Shown here: one piece after another, positions 1-12,040 of the stretch | Numbering within the stretch: the first letter of the stretch is position 1 | Layout: every line of letters starts with the position of its first letter | Program-made: the position numbers and the translations under genes | The notes under the pieces: model-generated | Database searches by the model: none | The model's input: the letters and a program-made list of their open reading frames with translations, nothing else | Told to the model about the DNA's origin: nothing | Source: Chiloscyllium plagiosum | Lineage: Eukaryota | Direction of reading: 5' to 3' | Length of the DNA: 64,000 bases | NCBI RefSeq assembly: GCF_004010195.1 | Contig: NC_057735.1 | Location: forward strand, 18,134,056-18,198,055

Positions 1-1299
1 CGCGTTTCTCCAAACGTGATTTTGGAAATATACATAAATCCTATTAAAATTCTAAATGACCCCTGCATTTTTTTGAATCAGACTATCATGTTTTTTTTAA
101 AGTAGTTTGAACATCGCTTTGTAAATTTCAAAAGGGAACAGGGCGGAAGAATCCAGTTTTAAAACAACCCTACAATTTCGTTTCTTCACTAGGAAATGTA
201 AAAGGGAGGAAGAGAGAAACAGAGGTTCTCCTTTTGGTCTGAACTTCAAATTCAACATTTAACAAATGAGCGTTTCCCCCACGACGCGCGATGATTTAAC
301 TTGTCCACCACACGGTTACACCTCTCCTTTCAGTGAACACTCGAATAAACGAAGGGGCAAAGTATGCTCAGGCATGCACGAAGAAAGCAGCATTTTTACC
401 CAATAAGATTAACGCAAATTGCTCCTGCAATATCAGGTTAGTCGAGCGGCCAGTATTCAACCCACTATGTCAGGTCATGTGATGGTATTGACAAAAGGTG
501 GGGATAAGATTCAGCTCAAACTGAACATTTCTTTTTTTAAAAAAAAACCTCCTTATAACACAGAATATCTGCTTTAAAAACAAAAAAAGGTAGAAACGAA
601 GTACTGGAAGTGTACTTTACACAATACACCAACTGGGTATTAATACATAGTTCAGGCTAATCCTTTGGTTACTTTTAGATCCAAGAATAATGAGTCAAGA
701 ACATTCTGCACACTTTCCCACCACATAGTTTCAAAAATCTCAGTCTTTGCCCAACAAATCATAACGAAACTGGAGGGTTTTTAACAGAGAAAAAAAAGAG
801 CCTGGAAACGACTTCGGAGCAAGCAAAATTAATTCTGGAATAGAATGACGTTGATATAGTTTGGGTACAACCCACTTTCCGTTCAAGTAGATGGCAAATC
901 AACTTTCCCCGATACACAATCAGCTCGTTCACCGAGAATCCAGTGTTATCACAGATCTTTCATTTAGTCTGGATCAAAGTACGCGGAAAGCTTGAACGCA
1001 TCGAGTGTCCCAGGTCAGAGACGGATTCGTTGTACAGTCTGGGATACAGTTCATCAACCTTTTACTAAACCTGAAGCGCGCTGATTGCTGCGAAATCCCT
1101 GATCTCGACACCGGACAACGCTGTGCCTTCTATCCTACCAGATTAACCCTGACAAACGATCATACTTTCATTTAGAACTGAGTCATGAGAACTTCACCCA
1201 GCGTTTTCTTTAGCGCTCTCAATGACATTGAAAGGGACTCCCAGTTTAATCATTTACTCACCTGAATACAACCAATCCCGATAAATCCAACTACGTTTG

Positions 1300-1800
1300 G
1301 AAAGAGCTCATAGACAATTCAAAACAAATGAAACTCACTCTCGCTGGTTCTTCCGGTAAATTGTCGTGTTTTAGTGCGTCCGCTGGTTAAATTCTTTGCT
1401 TAATCCTTCCCTTTACAGCTTCAGAGATGCACCCTTCCGCGCCAGCCAATGAGCTTTGGCTTTCGAACTGCAATAAACATACCAGCCCTCTCGAATCTCT
1501 GCACGTGGTGACAAATCAGATTCCTTCATTTTTACGGAACCTGTCGAGCGCATCCCGCTCACTCACCTTAGTCAACAAAACCTTGCCTCGCCTCTCTCTT
1601 ACTCGCATCCAACCAGATCCAGTTTCGTTCAGCTCATCAACCAATCAGCGCTTCTCGTAGCATACCTCCCGACCAGATCGCTGGGAATGCTCCGCCTCTT
1701 TCTACTAGGAAATACCCCTTTAGAAACGGGGCTGGCCGATGTGGATGTTTTCGTCAAGTTGTGGAAACCTTACCCTTATCAGGATGAACCGTTACAAATT
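1300..1800 (-). promoter_or_regulatory. CpG-enriched promoter/first-exon region of a minus-strand gene leaving the window to the left
   Basis: CpG-dense relative to the window, with CCAAT boxes near 1446 and 1642. Minus-strand donors: AGA|GTGAGT (~1338), AAG|GTGAGT (1566), AGG|GTAAGG (~1773). No recognisable ORF. Confidence 0.45.
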
Positions 1801-1803
1801 CCA

Positions 1804-1958
1804 TTCAGGCAGCATCCGACGAGCAGCAAAATCGACGTTTCGGGCAAAAGCCCTTGATCAGGAATAAAGGCAGAGTGCCTGAAGCGTGGAGAGGGTGGGG
1901 TTGGGGAGAAAGTAGCATAGAGTACAATGGGTGAGTGGGGGAGGAGATGAAGGTGATA
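1804..1958 (-). mobile_element. Penelope-like element 3' terminus (pseudo-LTR) with degenerate hammerhead motif, running into an N gap
   Basis: Minus strand reads ATTC-CTGATCA-A-GGGC-TTTT-GCCC-GAAAC-GTC-GATT, similar to the termini at 49200-49330 and 8400-8533. Core G8 is mutated to C. Confidence 0.8.
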
Positions 1959-2165
1959 NNNNNNNNNNNNNNNNNNNNNNNNNNNNNNNNNNNNNNNNNN
2001 NNNNNNNNNNNNNNNNNNNNNNNNNNNNNNNNNNNNNNNNNNNNNNNNNNNNNNNNNNNNNNNNNNNNNNNNNNNNNNNNNNNNNNNNNNNNNNNNNNNN
2101 NNNNNNNNNNNNNNNNNNNNNNNNNNNNNNNNNNNNNNNNNNNNNNNNNNNNNNNNNNNNNNNNN

Positions 2166-3660
2166 TGCACTAACTCTTCAGCGATCTCCCTTACAAGGCT
2201 GGGGTGTAGTCCATCTTGTCCAGGTGAGTTATCCACATTCAGGCCATTCGGTTTTCTAACATGTTCATCTTGGTGATGGCCACTGTATTTAGGACTGCCC
2301 TCTCACTCTCTTCAATTCTTGGGAAATTACTCGTGAAGACTGATGCAAAATTCCTCAGCTATTTCTTTGCTTCCCACTACTGTCTTTCCAGCATCATTTC
2401 CCAGTGGTCCATATTCACATTTACCTCTCTTTTTCACTTTATATATCGAAAGAATTTCTGACAGTTTCCTTTATATTACTGGTTAGCTTGCCCCATACTT
2501 AATCTTCTCCATCATTATTTATTTTTTCTTGCCTTCTGTTGGTCTCAATTCTCCAGTTTCCCACTGCCCTTCACTCTGCTTGCTCTTTTGCATATATACA
2601 ATCCCTGACTTCCCTTGTCAGCCCTGGTTGCCTCATCCTCCCTGTACCATGCCTCTAATACACAGCATGAATTTCTGCAGTGTCGTTTAAATTATCGTGG
2701 AATCTCCAGCCATTGCTGTTATCCTGTCTTTCCTGCTAGACGCCTGTCCCGGTCAATTCTACCCAGCTTCTCCCTTATGTCTCTCCAGTTGCCTTTATTC
2801 AGCTGAAATACTGTTAACTCTGATTCTATGTTCTCTCTCAAATTGCAGAATAGATTCAACTATGCTCTGATCACTGCTTCTGAAGTTTTCCTTCACCTTA
2901 AGTTCCCTTGTCCATCCTGCGTCATTAAATCCACTGTCATCTGTTCCCGAGTGGGCTCCACCACATGATGCTCCAAAAAGCGATCCCGTAGACATTATTC
3001 AAATTCCTTTTCTTGCGATTCACTACCAACCTGGTTTCCCATTACAGTTGCATATTGAAATTCCCCGTGATCACTGTAACTTTGCCTTTCCTACAGATCT
3101 TTTCTATATCTTGGTGTATCTTGTGCCCCAGCTCCTGACTACTCTTTGGAGGCTTGTGCAAGTCTCCAACTGTGATTGTCTTACCTTTGTGGTTCCTCAA
3201 TTCTACCCACGCAGATTCTACACCATCTGACCTTATTTCCTTTCTTATTGTTGATTTAATTTCATTTCTTATTAATAAAGTAAACCCACTCCCTCTGTCA
3301 TTTCCATAGGGTATATGTCCTTGAATATCCTGATCCCCTTGCAGCCACTTCTCTGTGATGCCCATCACGTCATACCTACCAATTGAAATCTATGCTACAA
3401 GCTCTTTTACCCTATTCCTTATACTGCACGCATTCAAATATAACCTTTCAATCTTGTATTAACGGTCCCTCTTCTATTGCCATTTATTTGTCCTGTGTGC
3501 TTGAAGTTTGATTGGTTACACTTTCCATACACTCTCTCCTATTTGCGTCTCTGCTGGAGATTTTAATAACCTCTCCTGAGCTCTGTACTCTTACCTACTC
3601 TTTTCTAATTAAACTCTATAACGGAACTCCCACCCCGCGCACACACACACTCCTAATCAG
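2166..3660 (-). mobile_element. Decayed CR1 LINE fragment (APE endonuclease and linker region)
   Basis: ORF remnants GITEKWLQGDQD...VESAWVELRNHKGK...VITGNFN (APE domain) and SPGQDGLHP..LVREIAEEL (pre-RT motif of CR1). Confidence 0.8.
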
Positions 3661-3669
3661 TTTAAAACT

Positions 3670-3813
3670 CTGTCTACATCGGCTTCAGCGGTGTAGAGGT
3701 CAGTGCGCCAGACTACCACTGCGCCCCCTTTATCCGCTGGCTTAATTGTGAGGTTGGGATTAGAGCAGAGGGATTGGATGGCTGTGCAGCATCTGCAGTC
3801 ATTGTTTTTACCC
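3670..3813. mobile_element. Small chimeric Penelope-like insertion (inverted RT fragment plus pLTR end)
   Basis: 3670-3785 is the reverse complement of PLE RT sequence at ~47090-47200 (IKPADKGGAVVVWRTDLYTAEA), joined to the plus-strand pLTR end CAGCATCTGCAGTC. Confidence 0.65.
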
Positions 3814-3984
3814 TGTTACAAATTCCAGACTAGCCCCACTGGAGAAAAACTACCCACAGAAAATTTCTAATGTTGCTGATAGTGTAACATATTTTAATAA
3901 ATGCAATATAGCTGGGGAATTGTGATGTTAAAATAGTATTGAAGAATATAAGCAGATCGGAGTGGAGAAGCAAACATTACGACT

Positions 3985-5395
3985 CAGAGTCAGATGAAAA
4001 GCGTGGAAACAGACCCTTCGGTCAAACCCGTCCATGCCGACCAGATATCCCAACCCAATCTAGTCCCATTTGCCAGCACCTGGCCCATATCCCTCCAAAC
4101 CTTTCGTATTCATATACCCATCCAAATGCCTCTTAAATGCTGCAATTGTACCAGCCTCCACCATATCCTCTGGCAGCTCATTCCATACCCATACCACGCT
4201 CGGTGTGAAAAAGTTGTCCCATAGGTCTCTTTTATATCTTTCCCCTCTCACCCTAAACCTATGCCCTCTAGTTCTGGACTCCCCCACCCCCAGGGAAAAG
4301 ACTTTGCCTATTTACCCTATCCATGCCCCTCATAATTTTGTAAACCTCTATAAGGTCACCCCTCAGCCTCTGACACTCCAGGGAAAACAACCCCAGCCCG
4401 TTCAGCCTCTCCCTATAGCTCACATCCTCCAACCCTGGTAACATCCATGTAAATCTTTTCTGAACCCTTCAAGTTTCACAATATCTTTCCTATAGGAAGG
4501 AGACCAGAACTGCACATAATATTCCAACAATGGCCTAACCAATGTCCTGTACAGCTGTAACATGACCTCCCAACTCCTGTACTCAATACTCTGACCAATA
4601 AAGGAAAGCATACCAAACACCTTCTTCACTATCCTATCTACCTGCGACTCCACTTTCAAGGAGCTATGAACCTGCACTCCAAGGTCTCTTGGTTCAGCAA
4701 CACTCCCCAGGACCTTACCATTAAGTGTATAAGTCCTGCAAAGATTTGCTTTCCCAAAATGCAGCACCTCGCATTTATCCAAATTAAACTCCACCTGCCA
4801 CGTCTTGGCCCATCAAGATCCTGTTGTAATCTGAGGTAACCCTCTTCGATGTCCACGACACCTCCAATTTTGGTGTCATCTGCAAACTTACTAACTGTAC
4901 CTCTTATGCTCGCATCCAAATCATTTATGTAAATGACAAAAAGTGGAGGACCCAGCACTGATCCTTGTGGCACTCCATTGGTCACAGGCCTCCAGTCTGA
5001 TAAACAACCCTCCACCACCACCCTCTGTCTTCTACCTTTGAGCCAGTTCTGTATCCAAATGGCTAGTTCTCCCTGTATTCCATGAGATCTAACCTTGCTA
5101 ATCAGTCTCCCATGGGGAACCTTGTTGAACGCCTTACTGAGGTGTATATAGATCACGTCTACTGCTCTGCCCTCATCAATCCTCTTTGTTACTTCCTCAA
5201 AACATTCAATCAAGTTTATGAGACATGGTTTCCCACGCACCAAGCCATGTTGACTATCTCTAATTAGTCCTTGCCTTTCCAAATACATGTACATGCTGTC
5301 CCTCAGGATTCCCTCCAACAACTTGCCCACCACCAAGGTCAGGCTCACTGGTCTTTAGTTCCCTGGCTTTACCACCCATCTTAAATAGTGGCAAG
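3985..5395 (-). mobile_element. 5'-truncated CR1 LINE (RT domain and 3' end), frameshifted
   Basis: ORFs 4656-5348 (SLTLVVGKLLE, GVPQGSVLGP, KFADDTK), 4420-4794 (LYRTLVRPLLEY..QFWSP) and 4060-4287 (RTRGHRFRV...VWNELPE), ending in a CR1-type tail. Confidence 0.95.
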
Positions 5396-5756
5396 CATGA
5401 CTCCGGCTCAGTTCTGAAGAGTCGTCACACTGGACTTCAAATGTTAACTCTGTATTTCTCCTCTCAGATACTGTCGAACCTGCTTAGTGTTTCCAGCACT
5501 TTGTTTCTTTTTAAATTTCTGTTGTCTGAATAGGGCAGGAGCAAAAAAAAGGCAGAAGTTGATTTATGTTTCTCAACTGAAGAAAATTAGCACTACGCGT
5601 AGGAATAAGTTGTATATGAAATATGCAAAAATGTGCTAGATCAGGCACGATGGGCCGAATGGCCTAATTCTATTCCTATATCTTATGATGCAACCCTTTG
5701 AAATCACATATCATTCAAATTGATCAAAGCCAATTTAATTTTGGCTATTAAAACCG

Positions 5757-5942
5757 GAGTCATTGAGATGTACAGCACAGGAACAGACTCTTCGATACCA
5801 ACTCGTCTGTGCTGACCAGATATCCTAACATAATCTAGTCCCATATCCTCTAAACTTTCCTATTCACACACCCATCCAGATGCCTTTTAAATGTTGCATT
5901 TGTACCAGCCTCCACCATTTCTTCTGGCAGCTCCTTCCATAA
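5757..5942 (-). mobile_element. CR1 3'-end fragment
   Basis: Same tail as 3985-4190 (gagtcat..agatgtacagcac..gaaacagac..., ccatccagatgccttttaaatg). Confidence 0.8.
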
Positions 5943-6024
5943 TTGGAGACAGGTGGTAAATTCAGAAGCTTCCTGGACAGCCATCTTCCAGAAGATGGAC
6001 AAGTGTGGATTAAGCCAATTGAAG

Positions 6025-6360
6025 TTTTTTTTTATTCATTCAGGGGGTGACAGCATAATTGGCCACTCCAGCATTTATTGTCCATCCCTAATTGCCTGGG
6101 GGCAGTTAAGTTAATTTGGAGTCACAAGTAGGCCAGACCAGGTAAGGAGGGCAGTTCCCTTTCATAAAAGGACATTGGTGAAACAGATGGGTTTTTCTGA
6201 CAATCAGCCATGATTCATAGTCATAATTAGATTCTTAATTCCAGATATTTATTGAATTCACCATCTGCTGTGGCAGAATCTGAACCCAGGTCCCCTGAAC
6301 GTAATCTAGTGACCCAGGTAAAGAATCTAGCAATAATATCACTAGGCTATTGCCTCCTCT
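6025..6360 (-). mobile_element. Diverged tRNA-derived SINE
   Basis: Minus-strand head GGAGGCAATAGCCTAGTG...GGGTTCAGATTC (A/B-box-like), A-rich tail near 6025. The 3' part resembles the element ends at ~54070 and ~56390. Confidence 0.6.
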
Positions 6361-6465
6361 TGGGCCAGCCATGGCCCAATCCTTAGAAATAAGGATGGGA
6401 GGAAAGATAGACTTTGTACTGCTGACCAATACAAATGAATTGAATCCAAACTGGTTTTATTGCTG

Positions 6466-7270
6466 GGAGAAAGTGAGGACTGCAGGTGCTGGAGATCAGA
6501 GCTGAAAATGTGTTGCTGGAAAAGTGCAGCAGGTCAGGCAGCATCCAAGGAGCAGGAGAATCGACGTTTCGAGCATGAGTCCTTCTTCAGGAATGAGGAG
6601 AAGGTGCCAAGCAGGCTAAGATAAAAGGTAGGGAGGAGGGACTTGGGGGAGGGGCGTTGGAAATGCGATAGGTGGAAGGAGGTTAAGGTGAGGCCAGAGT
6701 GGGGGTGGGGGTGAAGAGGTCAGGAAGAAGATTGCAGGCTAGGAAGGTGTTGCTGAGTTCGAGGGTTGGGACTGAGACAAGGTGGGGGGAGGGGAAATGA
6801 GGAAACTGGAGAAGTCTGAGTTCATCCAGTGTGGTTGGAGGGTTCCTAGGCGGAAGATGAGGTGCTCTTCCTCCAGCTGCCGTGTTGCCGTAGTCTGGCG
6901 ATGGAGAAGTCCAAGGACCTGCATGTCCTTGGTGGAGTGGGAGGGGGAGTTGAAGTGTTGAGCCACAGGGTGGTTAGGTTGGTTGGTCCTCTGAAACGTT
7001 CCGCAAGTAGGCGGCCTGTCTCCCCAATATAGAGGAGGCCACATTGGGTGCAGCGGATGCAGTAAATGATGTGTGTGGAGGTGTAGGTGAATTTGTGGCG
7101 GATATGGAAGGATCCCTTGGGGCCTTGGAAGGAAGTAAGGAAGGGGGGAGGTATGGGTGCAAGTTTTTCATTTCTTGCGGTTTCAGGGGAAGGTGCCGGG
7201 AGTGGAGGTTGGGTTGGTGGGGGATGTGGACCTGACGAGGGAGTCACGGAGGGAGTGGTCTTTTCGGAAC
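6466..7270 (-). mobile_element. Penelope-like element, 3' part (GIY-YIG endonuclease plus pLTR with hammerhead motif)
   Basis: ORF FTYTSTHIIYCIRCTQCGLLYIGETGRLLAERF...HPVAQHFNSPSH...LEEEHLIFRLGTLQP (GIY-YIG). Hammerhead-like core at 6559-6594. Confidence 0.9.
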
Positions 7271-7639
7271 GTTGTCACTCTACTTCTGCAAATTAAATGT
7301 ATCTATAGTTCTCATGACAGATAGTTCTGTAATCACTCTAATGCTTCCATATTTGCAATGATTTTCTTTTACTTAGCTGCTTTGTGTGAAGTCATGCCGA
7401 ACTATGATCTGTTTGAGTGTTTCCCAAGCATAGATAATGAATAAATACTAACTCCACAGTTCTTATCAGGTGATCTCACTGTCACTTCATGACCTGTTCA
7501 GGTTTATTAGATATTACACAAAAACGTGTTCATGTTTAAATAAGCCCAAGGTCTTTTCCTACTAAGTGAAAGTGCAAAGTTTAATAAATCAATCATCAGG
7601 TAAGAATCTTTCAAATCAAAATCTGTTAACATAATAGCT

Positions 7640-9606
7640 TAGCGAGTTTTTGAGAAGATTTGTAGCTCAGGTTGAGGTTTTGGATATAGGTTTGCTCGCT
7701 GAGCTGAAAGGTTCATTTCCAGATGTTTCGTTACCTTTCTAGGTAACATCTTCAGTAGGCCTCATGTGGAGCAATGCTGAAAATTCCTGCTTTCTATCAA
7801 TCAACATTAACCTGGCCAAGAAAACACTGACTACACTATTAGAAGACCCAAAGACTTGTACATCAAACACCACGAACTTCATCAATAAGGAGAATATCAT
7901 CAAGCTAGTGGACCGATGCCTTTCCACCCACTTCACCTTCAACAACAGAAACTACAGACAAACCAATGGAACACCCATGGGATCTCCGATATCAGGGTTC
8001 TTAGCAGAGGCAGTAATGCAGAGACTTGAGCAAACAGCTCTGCCAACCAACCAACCCAAACTTCCATATCTGCCACAGATTCACCTGCACCTCCACACAC
8101 ATCATCTATTGCATCCTCTGCACCCGATGTGGCCTCCTCTATATTGGGGAGACAGGCCGGCTACTTGCAGAGCGTTTCAGAGAACACCTCTGGGACACCC
8201 GGACCAACCAACCCAACCACCCTGTAGCTCAACATTTCAACTCCCCCTCCCACTCCACCAAGAATATGCANNNNNNNNNNNNNNNNNNNNNNNNNNNNNN
8301 NNNNNNNNNNNNNNNNNNNNNNNNNNNNNNNNNNNNNNNNNNNNNNNNNNNNNNNNNNNNNNNNNNNNNNNNNNNNNNNNNNNNNAGCCTGCTGGACAAA
8401 CTTTCCTCATTCCTGAAGAAGGGCTTATGCCCAAAACGTCGATTCTCCTGTTCCCTGGATGCTGCCTGACCTGCTGCGCTTTTCCAGCAACACATTTTCA
8501 GCTCTGATCTCCAGCATCTGCAGACCTCACTTTCAACCCAAATCCTGGGTCCGCTACATGAATGACCCCTTTGTCATCACTAAATGAAACAAGTTAGAGG
8601 AAACCTTCAAGACCATCAATAATACCCTTACTAGCATAAACTTCACTAAAGAGGAGGAAAACAACAACAAACTGCCATTCCTAGATGTCACAGTAGAGCA
8701 AACAGCCAATGATGAAATTCAAACCAGTGTCTACAGAAAAACAACACATGCAGACCAAATATTGAACTACAGAAGCAATCATCCCAAAACCCACAAATGA
8801 AGCTGCATCAGAACATTATTTCAACGAGCCAACACACACTGCAGCACAGAGGAACAATGCAGAGCAGAGGAAAATCACCTATACTGTGTATTCAAAACAA
8901 ATGGGTACCCAATGAACACAGTCTGCCGATTTCTCAGCAACAAACCCAAACAAGCAGACAAAACACATCCAGAAACCCTAGCCATTCTCCCCTACATCAA
9001 AGACATCTCGGAAATGACTGCCAGACTACTCAGACCCCTTGGCGTCATGGGAACCCACAAACCCACCAACACACTAAAACAGCAACTAATGAACTTGAAA
9101 GACCCTATACAGAAAATGAGCAAAACCAACGTAATTTACAAAATACTGTGAAAGAACTGTAACAAAACACTACATTGGACAAACAGGCAGAAAACTAGCC
9201 ACCACGATACATGAACACCATCTCGCCACAACTCGACATGACCCTCTCTCACTAGTATCCTCACATACTGATGAGAAAGGACACCACTCCTACTGGGACA
9301 ACACATCCATCCAAGGACAAGCCAAACAAAGACACGCACAAGAATTCCTGGAAGCATGGCATTCCAACAGGAACTCTATCAACAAACAGAGTTAGACCCC
9401 ATCTACCACCCCCTAAGAAAAGGAGCAGGAAGTGACTTCACCACAAGAAATGACATCACCAATCCAAAGAAACCCAAACATATAAATAGAAAACAGGAAT
9501 TTTTAACATTGCTTCACATGAGACCCACTGAAGATGATGTTACCTAGAAAGGTAACAAAACGTCTGGAAATGAACCTTTCAGTTCAGTGAACATACCTAC
9601 ATCCAA
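7640..9606 (+). mobile_element. Penelope-like element (second family) with inverted 5' pLTR, RT C-terminus and GIY-YIG, interrupted by a nested PLE
   Basis: YRQTNGTPMGSPISGFLAE (RT) and LPYIKDISE...HKPTNTL...NVIYKI (GIY-YIG). Arm 7640-7797 is inverted relative to 9480-9606. Flanking duplication AACATAATAGCT (7628) / AACATAAATAGCT (9607). Confidence 0.9.
8061..8533 (+). mobile_element. Nested Penelope-like 3' fragment (GIY-YIG plus pLTR), containing an N gap
   Basis: FTCTSTHIIYCILCTRCGLLYIGETGR. Flanked by CAACCCAAA at 8052-8060 and 8534-8542; host RT sequence resumes after it (WVRYMND). Confidence 0.9.
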
Positions 9607-9639
9607 AACATAAATAGCTGTTCTTTCCAGATTCAATTA

Positions 9640-10392
9640 AATGCAATCCGTGACTACCTGGTCAGGTCTGCACTCCCCAACAACCAACCCTCCCTTCCTG
9701 GCACCCTGCCCTGCCACCGCAGGAATTGTAAAACCTGTGCCCACACCTCCTCCCTCACCTCCATCCAAGGCACCAAAGGAGCATTCCACATCCAAATGTT
9801 TCACCTGCACATCCACCAATGTCATTTATTGTATCCGTTGCTCCTGATGCGGTCTCCTCGACATTGGGGAGACTGGACGCCTCCCAGCAGAGCGCTTTAG
9901 GGAACATCTCCGGGACACCTGCACCAATCAACCCCATCACTCTGTGGCCCAACATTTCAACTCCCCCTCCCACTTTGCCGAGGACATGCAGGTCCTGGAT
10001 TTCCTCCACCACCTCTCCCTCACCACCCAACGTCTGGAGGAAGAACACCTCATCTTCCGCCTCGGAACACTTCAACCCCAGGGCATCGGTGTGAATTTCA
10101 CCAGTTTCATTTCCCCTTCCCCCACCTCACCCCAGCTCCAACCTTCCAGTTCAGCACCTCCCTCATGACCTGTCCTACCTGCCTGTCTTCCTTTCCACCT
10201 ATCCACTCCACCCTCCTCTCTGACCCATCACCTCCATTCACCCATTGTACTCTATGCTACTTTCTCCCCACCCCCACCCCCCTCTCATTTATCTCTCCAC
10301 TCTGCAGGCACCCTGCTTCTACTACTTTTGCCCGAAACGTCGGTTTTCCTGCTGCCTGACCTGCTGTGCTTTTCCAGCACCACTCTGATCTA
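9640..10392 (+). mobile_element. Penelope-like element 3' fragment (GIY-YIG plus partly deleted pLTR)
   Basis: FTCTSTNVIYCIRCS and AQHFNSPSHFAEDMQVL...RLEEEHLIFRLGTLQPQG; terminus TTTTGCCCGAAACGTCGG...TTTTCCAGCACCACTCTGATC. Confidence 0.88.
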
Positions 10393-12014
10393 AACACATC
10401 TTTTACCTAGTATACTCTGCTACCTGTTGCAAATGTTTCCTTCACTTTACTGTGAAATTCCAAACAGAAATTGATCTCAGATGCACTGCTGGTTACATGT
10501 AAATCAATAAAATTCATTTTTAAATAGATGCTAATTAAAATGTATTAAAACAATTCCAACATAATTAGAATAATCCTTACATCATTCCTGATAGAAGTTC
10601 CAATGGAGAAGAGGACAAACTTGTCAATTTGCTCTGCGTCTGAGGGAATATAGTCTTTTTAATGAATGCATCCAACAAATACACTTAAGAGGGGCGATTT
10701 TCATTATTCATAACATACTTTCAAAAAAAGATCAACTCACCAAATCCGTCCTGCCTGGTTTAGTAATCTCAGTATCCTTAAAGAATCTGCTTTTTTCAGA
10801 CAGCTGTATTTCACACATCAAGTTCAGGTTTAGCTGCAAACCTTTCTCCCAATACATTGTTATTCATGTAAAAATCAGCCTTGAGAACGGTTTGAACATT
10901 TGATTTCCCCAAGTTGAGAAGCAAAACAAAGGTGGAAAGGAATGGAGCCTGTTAGTGGTGGAATGATTTACAGATGAAGAAAAATAGTAATGTCCCTCAA
11001 AAAACAGCTTTTTTAATCATGCCAAGAACTTGGCAAATGAGGATGTCAATAGTTTTAAAATATTTCTTTTCCCATAATTGCATCTAATTTTCAAATCAGA
11101 AGGCTGTAAAAGGAAGAAATGTAATATTGAATATCCTTTTGCCCCCAGAATTTGTTTTAGTAGTTAGATAGGCCATTTATATATAACAAAACAATATATT
11201 GTTTAACTTGTGCAGACACAATTACATCAGATTACCAACAATTAACTTTGGAATATGACAGTTGGTTATAATCCATGCGTGAGTTTATTAGTGTTTTGAC
11301 ATTGTCTTCTCTGCTGCATCGTTGATCACCAAAAGACACTTAAAGACTTTATATACTTGGTGATATCTGCAAGGATAATATGCTAAAATTGACAGTTTCA
11401 GTTTAGGTCCTAGCATAAATTATTGCTACAACATAATGTAAATAGGAAAAGATCAGTGGCTTTCCCAATACAAACCAGAGACGTCAGTCATGATGTGGCT
11501 TGAGAAGATGTTTGTCCAGTACTTATTACTTCTAATTTGTTTTCATCTTAAGAAACTATTGTTCTGAAAGTTAAGAATTTCATTTGATCTTGAATATTGC
11601 TTGACTTGTTGCAGCAGCAAAACTGTCTGCATTGGTAATTTGCACAAATTGTAGTGGTCATTGAAACATGCTTCTTGCTATCTGTTAATTCTAGGTACTG
11701 ATGAGTTGGAAAAGGGAGGTAACAGTAACTCAGGTCAGTTTTTTTTTGCCTTTTATAGCAGTTAATATTGTGAGTGATTAAGAAGTTTTAATCCCAATAT
11801 ATAACAGTGTCCATAACATAAAACAGCAATGACATTTGACTAAAGTTCACTGTAAAAACGTAGGAGAAAAGAGATTTAGATGTTAAGAAAGCTGAGAAAG
11901 TGTGTTGGGTCACTGGTTCTCATGGCCTATCCCTCATTTTAAAACAAATAAAAAAGTTAAATTCCCACAATCAGGGTGAACTGTACACAATACACACAAC
12001 AAAAAAGAATCAGC

Positions 12015-12040
12015 TCATTTAACACTGTATTCAATTTATT
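12015..12040 (-). terminator. Candidate distal polyadenylation site of YOD1
   Basis: Minus-strand AATAAA at 12035-12040, followed 30-50 nt downstream by a U/GU-rich element (TTCTTTTTTGTTGTGTGTATTGTG). Confidence 0.5.

Noticed and set aside
1805-2276. Long ORFs containing X runs (also 7764-8507 and 48514-49306)
   Set aside because: They are artefacts of reading through N gaps that join unrelated repeat fragments.
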